Shown: positions 11,901-25,100 of the stretch, in pieces
Position numbering within the stretch: the stretch's first letter is position 1
How the letters are laid out: each line of letters opens with the position of its first letter
DNA from: Sporopachydermia quercuum
Lineage: Eukaryota
Direction of reading: 5' to 3'
Assembly: GCA_001599295.1 (NCBI GenBank)
Contig: BCGN01000004.1
Coordinates: 562,138-626,137, forward strand
DNA: 64,000 nucleotides
Program-made: the position numbers and the translations under genes
Notes under the pieces: model-generated
Seen by the model: the letters and a program-made list of their open reading frames with translations, nothing else
Told to the model about the DNA's origin: nothing
The model's database searches: none

Positions 11901-14900
11901 AATGATGAATCATTTAGTCAATTATCAAGAAGTGACAATAATTTATTATTGTCATTGTTCTCCAAATTCAACGCTCCCAAATCTTTGTTTAAAGCAGATC
12001 AAGTGTTTCGCTACTTTCTGTTGCTACTAACAAATAAGTCATCATCAGTTCAAAAACTTGCTTTAACTTTTCTCCTTCAGTATTATAAATCATCAACAAG
12101 AGTCAATGAATATAAAGACGATTTGTTCAACTTACTTGATGATACGCATTATAAGGACGAAATTACTAAATTACTAGGTAACAACGAAGAGGAGGTGATT
12201 AAGAATGAAGATAAAGAAGATTTGATGCCCCTAATAATAAGGATATTATTTGGTAGGTGTCAAAGTTATAAGAAAAACAGTACTAGTAAGAACAACAAAT
12301 CATCATCATCAGCAAGATTTGCAGTATTGAATATTTTACCATCACTCGATCATAAATACGTTTCACTGTTTATTGAATTAGCAGTTGAAAGATTGCCATC
12401 TGAAGGCTTCTTACAGCTATTACCAAACAGAGATCAGTTTTCTATCAATAACGATTTGATCGATGAAGAAGACTTTCCATCACCAAGGCTTATTAGTGTT
12501 ATGTCAGGTTTTACTAATTTGTTAACAGATTTGATTGAAACACTTGGTTCATCTTTCCAAGATGTTCTAAAGCGTGCTATTGAACCTTTGTTCTATATTA
12601 TAAAGCTTTCTCAAGTTTTTATTCCAATAAACGGATTCAAGTCATTAATATCATTAAGACAGCAGTCAATGAAAAGTTTACTACAGTTGTTTACTGTGAT
12701 GCCAGATTTACATTGGAGCCCTTTCAAATCTACTATTATGAACGAGATTATTAACGAGAGACTGGACAAATTTGCTCAAGAAAATCTACAGCAATCATCA
12801 TCATTATTGAAACTGCTTGTTGTTTGGAGTAAGCACCAAAATTTGCTTGAATTCCTTTACTTTAATGATTTGGCCGTGATAAAATCAGTGATTAGTTTGA
12901 TTACTAATAGCAAAGCGAAGGAAGCTGTTATTGTTGAAGTGCTGCAGTTACTCAACAATCTTCTGATTAATGAACAGCAAGGATTGATTAATCATGGTGA
13001 GGAAGAAGAATTCGAGAAAATGCTAGACTATGTTTCAAAAGAAATGATCATGATCATTCCTGAATTATTTGCTAGAGTTGCAACATCAGCTACCTTCTCA
13101 TTACTAGTATCAGTCGTGTTATCATTATGCAAAAGGGATCTACCTGATGATGAGATAGTGTTATTGAAATTGGTAGAAGCATGTACTAAGGCATTGGAAT
13201 ATCAAAGTAATGTTGTTGATGTCAATTCTAAGATTAATTTGATTGATACGTTGAATATCATAATCAAAGGTGACGAAGGAGATAGCAATAGTATAGAATT
13301 CAGTGAAATCAAAGATATGTATGCAATATGGGCAAAAGGATTGAAATCATATAAACATAGAGAACTTCGGGAGTCATTAGTTAGCTTCTTCTTTACTCTT
13401 GGTGATAAATATGAAGAAATTGGTTTCATTGGCGAAGTGGTATCGAATGTCAATAAATCAACAAAGAAGAGAATTGACGGACTAGACTTTGATATAATAA
13501 TACCAGAGTATGTTAAATTCAATGAAGAGAATTATTTGATTGTTAACTCTTATCAATGGCTACCAATGATTTATTGTGGGTTATATTATCTTGGTGAATC
13601 TGATTCTGGTATCAAGCTTGCAGCTAAATATTCATTAAAAAGATTNATCTCGATTGCTTCATTAAATGGTAATAAGGAATTATTGAGTATTTACTCTGAT
13701 GTTGTTTTACCATCAATAAGAACTGGTATACGAAATAATGATGATGATAAGAGAATCGAATTCATTGAGCTTTTAGCATTTTCTATATCTGATATGGATT
13801 CTGATGTGTATAATGGATTAGACGATATGAAATGTTTATTGAGAGACGGAGATGAAGAATCTAATTTCTTCAACAACATCGTCCATATTCAAGTTCATAG
13901 ACGACAAAGAGCCATCAGAAAACTAATTGATTTATCAAAAGAAATCTCTGATAAGAATATTGCTCATTATATTTTACCAATCATTGAGCATTATGTTTAT
14001 TGTCGAAATGAAGAACTGAGAAATCTGTCAAATGATACTATAGTGACTATTGGTAAATTAACACTCGGTTTATCATGGAATCAATATTCGGCTGTTTTGA
14101 AGAGATATGTGTCCTATCTAACATCATTGGCAAAGGCCGATGTATTGAGAGATGTGGTTAAACTGATTATAACTGTTTCTAATACTTTGTATATTGCAGT
14201 GGAAGAGCGGAAAGGAGTTATTACTAGTAATAGTAGTAATAACCGCATTGATAATAGTAACAATACTAATGGCGATAGTATCAAAAGTGACAAAAAGCAC
14301 TTAGGAGGAATGAAGAAGAATGATGACTTAAGAGAAATCATAATGAATGACTTCTATGAGCCAATTAGATCAGTTTTCGAGAAAAGAGAAGAGGAAACTT
14401 CGATTTTCAGATTCCCATTAGCTGAATCATTGTGTTACTTACTTCTTTGCCTCAAGACAGAAGAAATTCTTGAAAAATTACCGGCAATGATGACGATTTT
14501 ATGTCAAGCCTTGAAAAGCAAATCAGAAGATTTACGTGACAATGTCAGAAAAACATTGGGACAATGCTCATTATTATTAGGACCCTCGTTCATGAAAGTT
14601 GTACTAAGAGAACTAAAGAATGCTTTAAGAAGAGGACCTCAAATTCATATCATGATGTATACAATTCATTATATACTTATGGTAATGAAAGAAGATATAA
14701 AACATGGTGATTTAGATAATGAGTCAGTTGACTTACTTGCTGATGCTATCATGGAAGACATTTTTGGTGCTACTGGTAATGAGAAAGAATCTGAAGGATA
14801 TCATGTATCAACAAAAGAAATCAAACAGAATAAGAGTTATGATAGTGGTGAAATCATAGCCTCAAAGGTTAGACTCGAAGCATTTGTTATATTGATTGAA

Positions 14901-17126
14901 CCTATCAGAAGTATTTTAACTTATGAAAGAATGAATTTTAAAACAATCAATAAGCTCAATGAATTGTTAAGAAGGTATTCTTTGGGACTGAATAAGAATA
15001 TTGATAGTGATTCACCCAAAGTCTTACAATTATGTTATGAAATCTATCAAATGTCTTTGAGTAAGGAGGAAAGAAGGAGTAGGAAGAAAGGAGCAATGCT
15101 TCCTAATGAACAAGATGAGCATTTCTTAGTCAATTTATCGTCAAAAGTCTTCCAAGTTAAAGACAATGAAAATCATCAATATGTCAATATCCTACAGAAA
15201 TTCTCATTGGATATTCTAAGAAACATTCTAGTTAAAAGAAACGAGTTAATGACAATTGAAAACCTACAGGCTTTCTTCCCTTTTATTGTTGATTGCTTAG
15301 AGTCTGATGATGAAAATGTTAATATTTCGGCCTTGAAGTTACTCAGTTTAACAGTTAAATTACCGTATAGTTATCATTCGGAGAAGGATGATAAAATCTT
15401 GAACATTACAAGCTGCACAAGAAAGGCTTTGGTATTTATCAAAAATTCACCTTCAACGAACTCAGAATTATGTCAAAATTCACTCAAATTCCTTTCTTCT
15501 GTTATAAGGCACCGTGAAGATGTTCCTTTCAAAGAAAGTGCTATTGGGTATATCATTCAACGGTTGAAACCTGACTTAGAAGATCCTAGTAAACAAGGAT
15601 TGGCTTTCAATTTCTTGAAGTCAGTGCTATCAAGACATCTGATTTTACCAGAAATATATGAAGTAATGGAAGTTGTAATTAAAATAATTGTGGTCAACCA
15701 TTCTAAGGAGATTCGCGATATGGCCCGAAGCTCAGCGTTTCAGTTTATTACGGAATATCCTCACGGTAAAGGTAAACTGAACAATCATTTTCAATTTCTT
15801 ATTGATAATATGGAATATCCAGTTGATTTTGGTAGACAATCTATTATGGAGTTGATCTTTTTATTCTTGACAAAGACGAAATCTGATCTGGTTGCTTCTA
15901 TGAACATTTCATTCTTTGTAGCATTAGCAAGAGTTGTTGTCGTTGATGAATCAGCAAGATGCAGAGAAATGGCATTGAAATTAATAACGTTGATCATCTC
16001 ACGAGCTAACAAACAGGATCTAAACAATATTGATAAGTTCACTCTTGGTTGGCTGAGTTCTGATAATGTAATGCTTAATAGATGTGGATTAGAAGTGTAT
16101 AAAGTGCTTATAACAGAGTTAGGTTATGATCATGATAAGAAGATGAATAGTTTAGTGTTGGAAAAGATAACAAAAGTACTTGAAGCAAGCAAAAGTGAAT
16201 CCGATGACAATACAACAGAATGGGAAGTAGTTTATACATCAACCAATACTTGGGCTAAGATTTGCGGTAGTATGAAGAATGAATGTTTCAATAAGAAGTA
16301 TAGTAAAATATGGACTATGGTGTTCAATTCATTGCTATATCCTCATTTCTGGGTTAGACAAGTATCAGCAAGACTTTTAGGTATAATACTAGGTAAGCTC
16401 GATGATGCCAATGTAAAGATTGGATTTAAAACTGATTTGCACGATATATCACTTAGATCTCTTCGTCAGTTAGGAGCACCTTCGTTACCAGAGGATCTTG
16501 CAACTAGCATTGTGAGAAATCTGGTGTTATTAGTAACGCACTTTGAAAAGCATGAGACAAAGTACTTAGGTAAGAAAAATGGTAATGCTGATGGTACTCT
16601 TAATGATGCTGATGATACGGAGAAAGATAAACAAGCCTCGCAGTATAATTATGAAACAGATATGCTAGTGATAAGAGTATGTGGTATCTTACGTAATGAA
16701 AATTTGACAGATATGTTTATAACTAAGAGAAGTTGTATACAGTTTTTAGCATTGGTTTCTCAAATACTGAGAAAGGACCGTCTTGGAGATTTATGTGAAA
16801 GAATTGTAATTGCTTTATTCAATTATACTGAGATGGATGCTGACGACGAAAATGAAAAAACAATTAAAGCTTTAGTTGAAGAATGCTTACAAATGATACA
16901 AGAGAAGTTAGGTGTTTCAGAGTATGTTCAAATATACTCAAAGGTGAAGCAAATGATTCTTGCCAGAAGAGCAGATAGGAAAGTTAGGAGATCTCAACTG
17001 GCTATTACTAATCCTGAAGTTGCTTCAAGACGAAAGATGAAAAAGCATAAGAGAAGTAATGAAAAGAGGAAGCATGAGAAAGATGCTAATGGTTATTATC
17101 ATACAAAAAAGAAGACAAGGATATAA
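8962..17126 (+). CDS. UTP20: U3 snoRNP / SSU processome HEAT-repeat protein Utp20; exons 8962-9006, 9153-17126
   Basis: Exon 1 MAKKQKTTKSNRRYT, then intron GTAAGT..TACTAAC..CAG. Motifs SHFLASLEYWSEVNLS, LDLLAQFARDLG, FFNNIVHIQVHRRQRA and basic C-terminus KHKRSNEKRKHEKDANGYYHTKKK; about 2670 aa. Confidence 0.96.
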
Positions 17127-17850
17127 TGTAATCTTTTCATGAACATAGTCACCTAACGTAATATAATTATAACATGATTTATGTAAACTATAAGCTGATT
17201 GATAGTGCTAATGTATAGTATAACGTAGACAGTTGTTTTTTCAGTAGCTCATAAAGTATCAATCTGCTGTATAAATCCCCCAAATGTACTCCTATAGGTA
17301 AATGTGTCGTAGAGCTACTCTACATTATTAGACGGTACGGTAATCCTCAGTAGCAAGCAACCTTCAATCTATAGAATTAACAGTTTAACTAGATATTACT
17401 CCAAATATCTTAACCTACAATGTATCTACAAGAAATATACAAAAGTAGTTCACTACACAATTTGATTTGAAACGCAACAGAAAGCAATAGAAATACACAT
17501 TTGAAAGAGAATAGAAAAAACTTAAAAAGAAAGAAAAAACCAATTGGTGTTATATTCGCTTAAGAAGAGCTAACAGTATGAAAAACGTCTTTCAAAACAT
17601 ACGAGCGTAAAATACAGGTTATCCGGTTCACAAGTGAACCAGAGGAACACTAAGCATCAATATAAAAACAAAAAATAAGAGATAATAGCCACTAGCATTG
17701 ATATTAGAACAGAGGACAAACAGAGGTATATAATTCTGATNATAAATGACTGAGGTACAATACCGACCTGAGTATACAATTCAATAGTTCGGTCTTAACG
17801 CTCTGATCTATACTAGGATACTGTGCTGTGCTTCCACTTATTCTAGGTAT

Positions 17851-19176
17851 TTATAATTGAACAACAGAACCAGAGATAGCCTTCCACGAAGCAACAGTTG
17901 AATCATCAATGAAACCAGAAAAGTTTGTTGAATCATCCAACTTCGCAACGTAGATACTTGAAGTGGATTCATCAAAAATGACTGCACCTTTCATGGTTTG
18001 GTCATAAGGTCTCGCAAAATAATCAGAAGAACCAGCACCACTGCCGTTTTGTTTGTCGTGTAAAGCGGTAATTAGTTTATCGCTACCAGCACTTAACACT
18101 TCAAACACGTCGAATTCACCGCAACCGGAAGTCCAGCAAGAAGCAGATGCATATTGAGCAGTTCTTGGAATTTTAGCGTTCAATAACCAAACAGCTGGCA
18201 TGTCACCGTTGAATCCCCCGGTTTGATCTTGAGGCATTTGGAATTCAAACAAGAAGATCTTGGATGCACCTCCGAAGCCGTGATAAGCTGGAATTCCACT
18301 TCTGTAATAACCGCAATCATCTCCGTTACATGCAGCATTGGAAAAGATAATATACTCAGTGTTGGAAGGAACAGTAACATCGTTCAATATTTCCGAAGAT
18401 GAAGCAGCGTCAACACCATTAGCAGCACAGTAGGACAAAGAGTTACCCCAACAGGTGTCAAAAACTCCCGAGCCTGACCCACCTTTATTGTTCAAGAAAA
18501 CAACATTGCTGGCAGTACCAGGAGTGTAGTAAGATGTTCTTGACCAACCGCTGCCAGTGCCAGAACCTGCTGATGATGTAGCAGAAGGTTCTAAAGTGAC
18601 AACTGAAGTAGAGGATGAAAGGGTTAAATCGGCACTGGCTGGTGCATCTGAAGAGACAGAGGCATCTGAAGAAACTGGTATATCTGAAGAGGCCGAGGCA
18701 CCTGAATAGACGGTTGCTAACGTAGTGGCAGGTGGAGCTTCAATAGGTTCACCATTGGCGTTAACGTAAACAAACTCAGTGACCACTTTAGTAACTAAAG
18801 GATCTCTCTTATGAAGATGATGTTGATGTCTATTAGATGATGAGCAATCTTCAGTAGCTTCTCTTTTCACTTTAGTAGAAGATGGATAGTAGACGGCAAA
18901 CTGCTTCAAAGCCAAAGGACCCCGGAAGTGAATGGATAATTCTTCATCAAAAGGAGAAAGAGGTCCTGAGAAGGATGAAGTACCGGTTTGAGTTCCACAA
19001 GTTGAAGGGTCCATTGAGATGATTTCTTCGTATGAACCGGAGAATCCAACACCTTTGTACGTGATAGCGCTTACTTCATTACAATAATAGTTACCAGCGA
19101 TGAAGTCACAATTTTGTCCGAGAACGGAGCTGACAAAAGGCACAAGGGCCAAAAGGCTCAACGCTGACAATTTCAT
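17851..19176 (-). CDS. TOS1: Secreted cell-wall protein, TOS1/PGA52/YJL171C family (GH16-like fold)
   Basis: Signal peptide, GNYYCNEV, GPLSPFDEELSIHFRGPL, KR processing sites, Ser/Thr-rich linker, DMPAVWLLNAKIPRTAQY, SGCGEFDVFEVL. Confidence 0.85.
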   Translation of the reverse strand: MKLSALSLLALVPFVSSVLGQNCDFIAGNYYCNEVSAITYKGVGFSGSYEEIISMDPSTCGTQTGTSSFSGPLSPFDEELSIHFRGPLALKQFAVYYPSSTKVKREATEDCSSSNRHQHHLHKRDPLVTKVVTEFVYVNANGEPIEAPPATTLATVYSGASASSDIPVSSDASVSSDAPASADLTLSSSTSVVTLEPSATSSAGSGTGSGWSRTSYYTPGTASNVVFLNNKGGSGSGVFDTCWGNSLSYCAANGVDAASSSEILNDVTVPSNTEYIIFSNAACNGDDCGYYRSGIPAYHGFGGASKIFLFEFQMPQDQTGGFNGDMPAVWLLNAKIPRTAQYASASCWTSGCGEFDVFEVLSAGSDKLITALHDKQNGSGAGSSDYFARPYDQTMKGAVIFDESTSSIYVAKLDDSTNFSGFIDDSTVASWKAISGSVVQL

Positions 19177-22100
19177 TTTTTTATTAATGAATGATATTGA
19201 TTGATTATTGATATTTTAAGCTGAATGTTCTTTTGATTATTAATAACACGGTTCTGTTTAGTTGCAACAAAAAAGTAGAAGAGCGATGAATTTAGATTTG
19301 TTTTACTATAATATATGTTAGTTCATTGAATAGCCCTGCTGTTTAGGCTTATGCTTTGTTGATCCCTCGATGTTGAACGACGTGGCCAATATGATATGAT
19401 ATGAACAGATGCTTTCCCTTAATGCAATTGAAAGACCAGCTTCCTTTTTTAGATGCGCCGTATTGTATCGAATGATGAGTCGAAATGCAATGGTTAATTG
19501 TAGTTGAAACGAATTCTTTTGATGTCCTGTTTCAATATTTGTTTTGTTATAAAGCAATGAAAGAATGAAAAGCGATTATGATAACGAAGAAAGGATAGTA
19601 AACAACTTCAAGCCAAACACGTTGAATACATTTTATAAATAAAAAAGAAAGGTATTCGGTTAATAAAACCCAGAAAAGGCAGGAATGGTGAGTCAAAATC
19701 CCCAATCATCCCATAATAATAATAACTCTCATTAACTCTTACTCCTGCAAACAATAATTCCAAAGTTGATCCGCCTTTTTGTCTTACCAAGAATTACTCT
19801 CTAGTCTTGGTGTTCCTCAAACTCAATTAGTACATCAAAACAAACGCGTCACGACATACCATCCATCAAAAATACTTGATTAGGCAAACCAAGCCCACTC
19901 TACTTTTGCTTCCATGCTATAGTATGGAATGTGTGACAACTTTGAAACCAACACCACACAAAAAATAAAGTTTGGATGCCGATGGCAGGTATATGTGCGT
20001 CTTAACTCTGATCGATAAGCCAGCACTGCTTAGATATATGTATGGCAGGCATATGCATGCATGATCATTGAACGAGAGCTGATTCATGTTCGAGTGATAA
20101 ACAAATGAACTATGGCACAACACAGAGCGCAATCAGTTCATTCGGGTTTCTCATGTTTTGTTGATTTGATGTTTCAGAGTTCTTTGAATCAAAAGTATTA
20201 TTGTTTTCGTGCTATGATGTGTAAGCACTATTTGCCAAGAAGAGTCAAACAGGAGTTCAGAATTAAAGTTTGCTTCGAATTCCAGAGGCCAAAAATTTCT
20301 ATGACAATTTGTCCAAACTAACCAATTGGGAAACCAACCTTCCTATTCGCTCATGTCACATACTCTATTTGTAATGTGAATTTTCTCTCACCTTTAGAGG
20401 GTATTCNTAACACAACGTCTCAATAATAATTATTTTATCGATGGGTTATCGTAATTTGTGTAGTTGAGTAAGAAATAAACAAGAGGCGGTGTTGATATGA
20501 TTAAAGGAAGGTTGGTGGTTCCATCGAACACATTATGGTTGCAAAATATGATCTCATGAGTAAATTGAAGGGACGTATTAATTGAATATAGGGGAGAGTT
20601 TGCTAAAGAAATTTGTTGAACAGCCAGTGGAACTTTGGTGTGTAGGACATTATTCATCGGATCAATAGGTGATTCGGTTGGGGTATAAGTTTCTAGTCGT
20701 TGAGTATCCATCAATAAATGCATTGGAAAACATCTTTTCATTGTAAAATTGCATTACTACTCCCTGGTACTGTCGAGCAGACAGTTATATTGAGATTGCA
20801 TTCATATCTTCATGTTGTTTCACGGTTGTTTTATCAAAGGTGTCAAGCAATCCTCTTCTTGTCTATTCCATAATATCCATCACAATACATACCTCAAAGG
20901 AATGACTGACAGTTGGGATAATCAGTAAAACAAAATTCAAAAATTCAAACGATTCTTCTGATGCTCTTTATCGAATACAAATGAAAGACTCGGGTAAGTT
21001 AATTGCTATAATGTAGAGAAGAAAGTGTATGACTATGTATCAACCCAACATCTATCACGTAGTTAGAAGGAAAGCAGGAAACCTCAGAAATAATATATAA
21101 AATCAAGCACAATAACGAACTAGGTTGGGAGAGAGATAATCGTATGAACCTTGTCCGTCCTACGGTCTTTAATTCGGACAACAGAACGTCCGGTTGGATC
21201 TGTCATATAAGGTTTAGCTTCCAAGTTTACTTCTAACCTTATTTGGTACCTCAAGAGTTTTGTTCCTGATTAAAAGAACGAATGATAAAAAAAATTAAAG
21301 GAGGTCAAGTTGGTATTTTTCAATAGAAACATCAATACCAACCAAGTAAGGAGTAGTAAGTGAAATAATAAGGATCTTGTTTTAACAATTTTCTCTTCTC
21401 TTCTCTTCTTTCTTGTTGAAAATTGTTGTTTTAAGACAAATCAACTGCAAAGGTAAATCTGTTCAATTACGGTATTATAAAAGCTTACCATTCAAATAAA
21501 GGTTTGGACCAATCAATGGAGCTCCNAGTTTTTAGATGAAAGAATACTCTTAGCTTAACGGATTTTAGTTTATTTAGAATTGTAGTCAAAGAAACTAAGA
21601 ATCTGTGAGATTAAAAGAGATTAAAAGAGATTGAAGTCTATGAGTTAAAGGGTGTTTTTCTGTAAGAAATTAATCGCAAACTGTGCATTCAATATGCAAT
21701 GATTGGTTCGGGCTTTCCTTCGATAACTTTTCGAGGTATTGAAAGACGCATGGTAATAGAGCAATGAGGAGCAGTTGTATCTTTTGAAAGATAATTGGCA
21801 CTTTCATAAAATAAGTAGTTGACATTGGTTTGCTTCTTGTAGTCATACAGAGCCTCGAATTGCATTGTATTTGAAATTTTCTTTGATTTGTGTCTCTGAA
21901 CAAGAACCTTGGTTCATTCTTTTGACTAAACCGGTATACTTGATTTATTTAGAGCAAGGAGAAANTGGACAAACTGGTTCATTTCTTAGAGTCATCCCTT
22001 TCCTTTTTTCTATTTATCCTTTTAAATACATATAGTTTGTATGAGCTATTTTCTTTTTTGTCATTGTAGTTTCTGAAAGTCCTTAATTTTATTTCGGTGA

Positions 22101-25100
22101 TTGATAGCAATTAACGTTTTGACATTTCCAGTTCCTTACCAGTTTTAAGATTAAGGTTGACGTTAGAACAACTTTAATCTGACTTAGAAAACAAAACTTT
22201 TTCCATTTCATAAACTCTATCTTGTCAAAGAGATACCATGCCAAGAGTTGAACAAATAAAAAGCCTCAGTTAATACTACTATTACTATCCTACTTGCTTA
22301 TTATACAGATCTTAATGTTACCTGTTGCCTCCAATGCTATTCTTATGTTTTTGTATTTTATAATACAATCTGACAAGCTAAAAAGATTTGTTATCCTTTG
22401 AAATGAATATCTCACGACAATTACTAGCATAAACAGGAAAAGTTGGATCATAAAAAATACAACTACATAAATTCATTAAATACAGAATTTCAGAGATCTT
22501 TTACTTCTTTGTTGTTATCTATCTTTTTTTCGGTCGAAATATTACGTGTACCATGTTCATAGTCTCTCTTACGCGATTGAATATCACTTGCATATGTTTG
22601 TTGAAAATAGAGAGCCTTTTGCTGTTTCCAGCGGCAAAATTGGTTGAGTCTTTCCTATAATGAAAAGGAATTAACGCTCTGCTGAATAAGGGAAATAAAT
22701 TCCTCTTCTAGTTGAAAGCTAAAGCCATCAAATCCAAGTAAAAATTAGAGGATGTTATTATTTTTTGCATGACTATCCTTAGAGCACCTTCACAGTGGTA
22801 AATAAAACAAATAGATCGAGATAGTTCTAGAGCTAATATGCATATTAGCTTCCAGTTTTCAAGCTTTAGATGGGAAAGACACACCACACAGGTAATTTGA
22901 ATTGGCAATTCATTTTTGATGATCATCAAACCAACTCGTAATGTTAATTCCGGGGTTCCTTCAATGCATTGCCGGATACGTAAAAAATAATTAGATATCA
23001 TGCGACCTATTAAACACAGGAAGTTCTGAAGCTTTCATTTTTGCTTTGAATATTTCTACTGAAAATATTCTGAATGGAATATTTCAACTACAGAGAAATA
23101 ATAAGCAATACATAAATTAGTCACTCATACATCACATTAATTCAAATANCTACACGGAAAATCAATAATGGAATAGACTTTCTGTTTCTCTCTCACTTTG
23201 AAAGTTATCAATATGGCATGAAAAAAACGTGAAACCACATGACTCGAAAGTTTGTTTAAGAGCAACCTGGAGGGGGAAACTCCACCAATTAGGTCAATAA
23301 GAAGATAGATTGGCCAAGTGTATGTAAATGCAATCCCACTACTTTTTTTCCTAAAACAGAAGGTTTGCCGATATTTCGTAAATGCGAGGTTCATATTAAA
23401 CTTCATTGAATAAGTCTGCTGCGGTACTGCTTAAGCATTGATCCATTTTTTTATGAAATAACCCTTGATATCATCTTATATCATCTTTTTTTCTTAATCT
23501 AACTTGTTTAAAAAATGTAGAAGCTTTCCAAATCATAATAATATTTCTAGAAGAATTATATACTCATTCAAATGAATCCTCGTTTAATCGAGATACTCTA
23601 CGAGATCTGGCACAATGCTTNGAGAAAAGAAATACATCAAAATATAAAACTTAAAAGTTGTTTGACCTACCAAAATAGGAAATAAAAATTAAGGTCGTAT
23701 TAGTTAGCCCTTTAAAAAGAAGTTGTGGTTTAAGTTGTAACTCAAGTATAAAGTTCTATTNTTGAAGTAAATGTTAAAGACTAAATCATTCAAAGTTTCG
23801 ATAATGAGCGCTAGTAGTATGAAACAGCCATCAACAAACTTGAAAAATATTGTAAATACTGAAAAACGAGAGTTCTATAGTGTAATGATTAGTAAACCAG
23901 AAAGCATAGTATTTGCGCCAATGAATTCAGTGGCCTGTTTAATATTAAGATTCCGAGTGTATCAAGACTTTTTTTTTTAGATAATCAACTTCTAAACAGT
24001 GCCACGGGAGTAATTAGCAGGAGAAAGATGATATGAATGAATGGGAATGCACATCTCCAGCCAGTATTTTCAGGATTATAAATGAACTAAATACAAAACA
24101 GAAGGCGGGAACTTCCACTACGAAATATACCACCGTAATTCAAATTTCATTTATATGGTATGCTTAGAGTTTCTTTCTTTCTCTAATGTCAGAAGCACAA
24201 ACTTCGAATCAATCTCCAAATAATAAACGCTTATTAATTTTTTCAGCTAAATTCACAGCGAAACTATCTATATATTCCAAAAAATCAATCGATCCCCAGA
24301 CCGAATTACGTACAGACCATTTATTAACATTGCTAGACCCTCTAAAACGGGTTGTACCGTCGAAAAAGTGTATATACAATACGAGCTTAGAAAATTTGAA
24401 AAAGGATAAACGAATATAAGATGCAAGGAGATACTTAATATGGCTTAATAGTTTCATAGACCTACAATAATGTTTCAAATTGAGTTACTGAAATATCAAC
24501 ACATTTGGAGCCCCTGTATTGCCATCAAAATAAATCTTATTGATGCACTCAAAACGTTATTAATATAACCACTATAACCGAACTCCCAAAAAATGATTTG
24601 ACAATTGGTTTATGTAAATATTTCTAGTATCATGTTTCCAGTTTTTTCGAAAGTAAGAATCTGGTATCTATAAACTTCATATTTTTCACTTTTGTTGTCT
24701 TTCTTATGCTTCATAATCTTGTCTCTCCCAAAATCATTCTGAGTTCATCTCCAGTTACTTGAAATTACTTCAAGAACGGACGAATTTGCTTTCGTCAAGA
24801 ACTATCGAGTATAGTGGAATGATTCCTAAAACGGTAAGTCTAGACAGGAACATAGTAGATGCGCTAAAAAGACATAAAGTGTGAATTGTATACATCAATA
24901 CTTATCAAGGTGTCTCTTAGTTTATTTATGAAACCGAAAGTTGCTTTCGACATATCAGTCATTTATCAAAAATCTATTACCACAAACCAGAGAAACATAT
25001 TTTTAATTAAACCTGCCTGTTATGAGTAAATTAAACGTCAGTCGTTCAGTATGAAATTGCATAAGAGATGATCTTTGACTTTCTAAATAGCGCAAAATAT

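Noticed and set aside
19318..24478. Numerous 60-103 aa ORFs in the long intergenic region
   Set aside because: No motifs, many non-ATG starts, and no consistent splice signals linking them.
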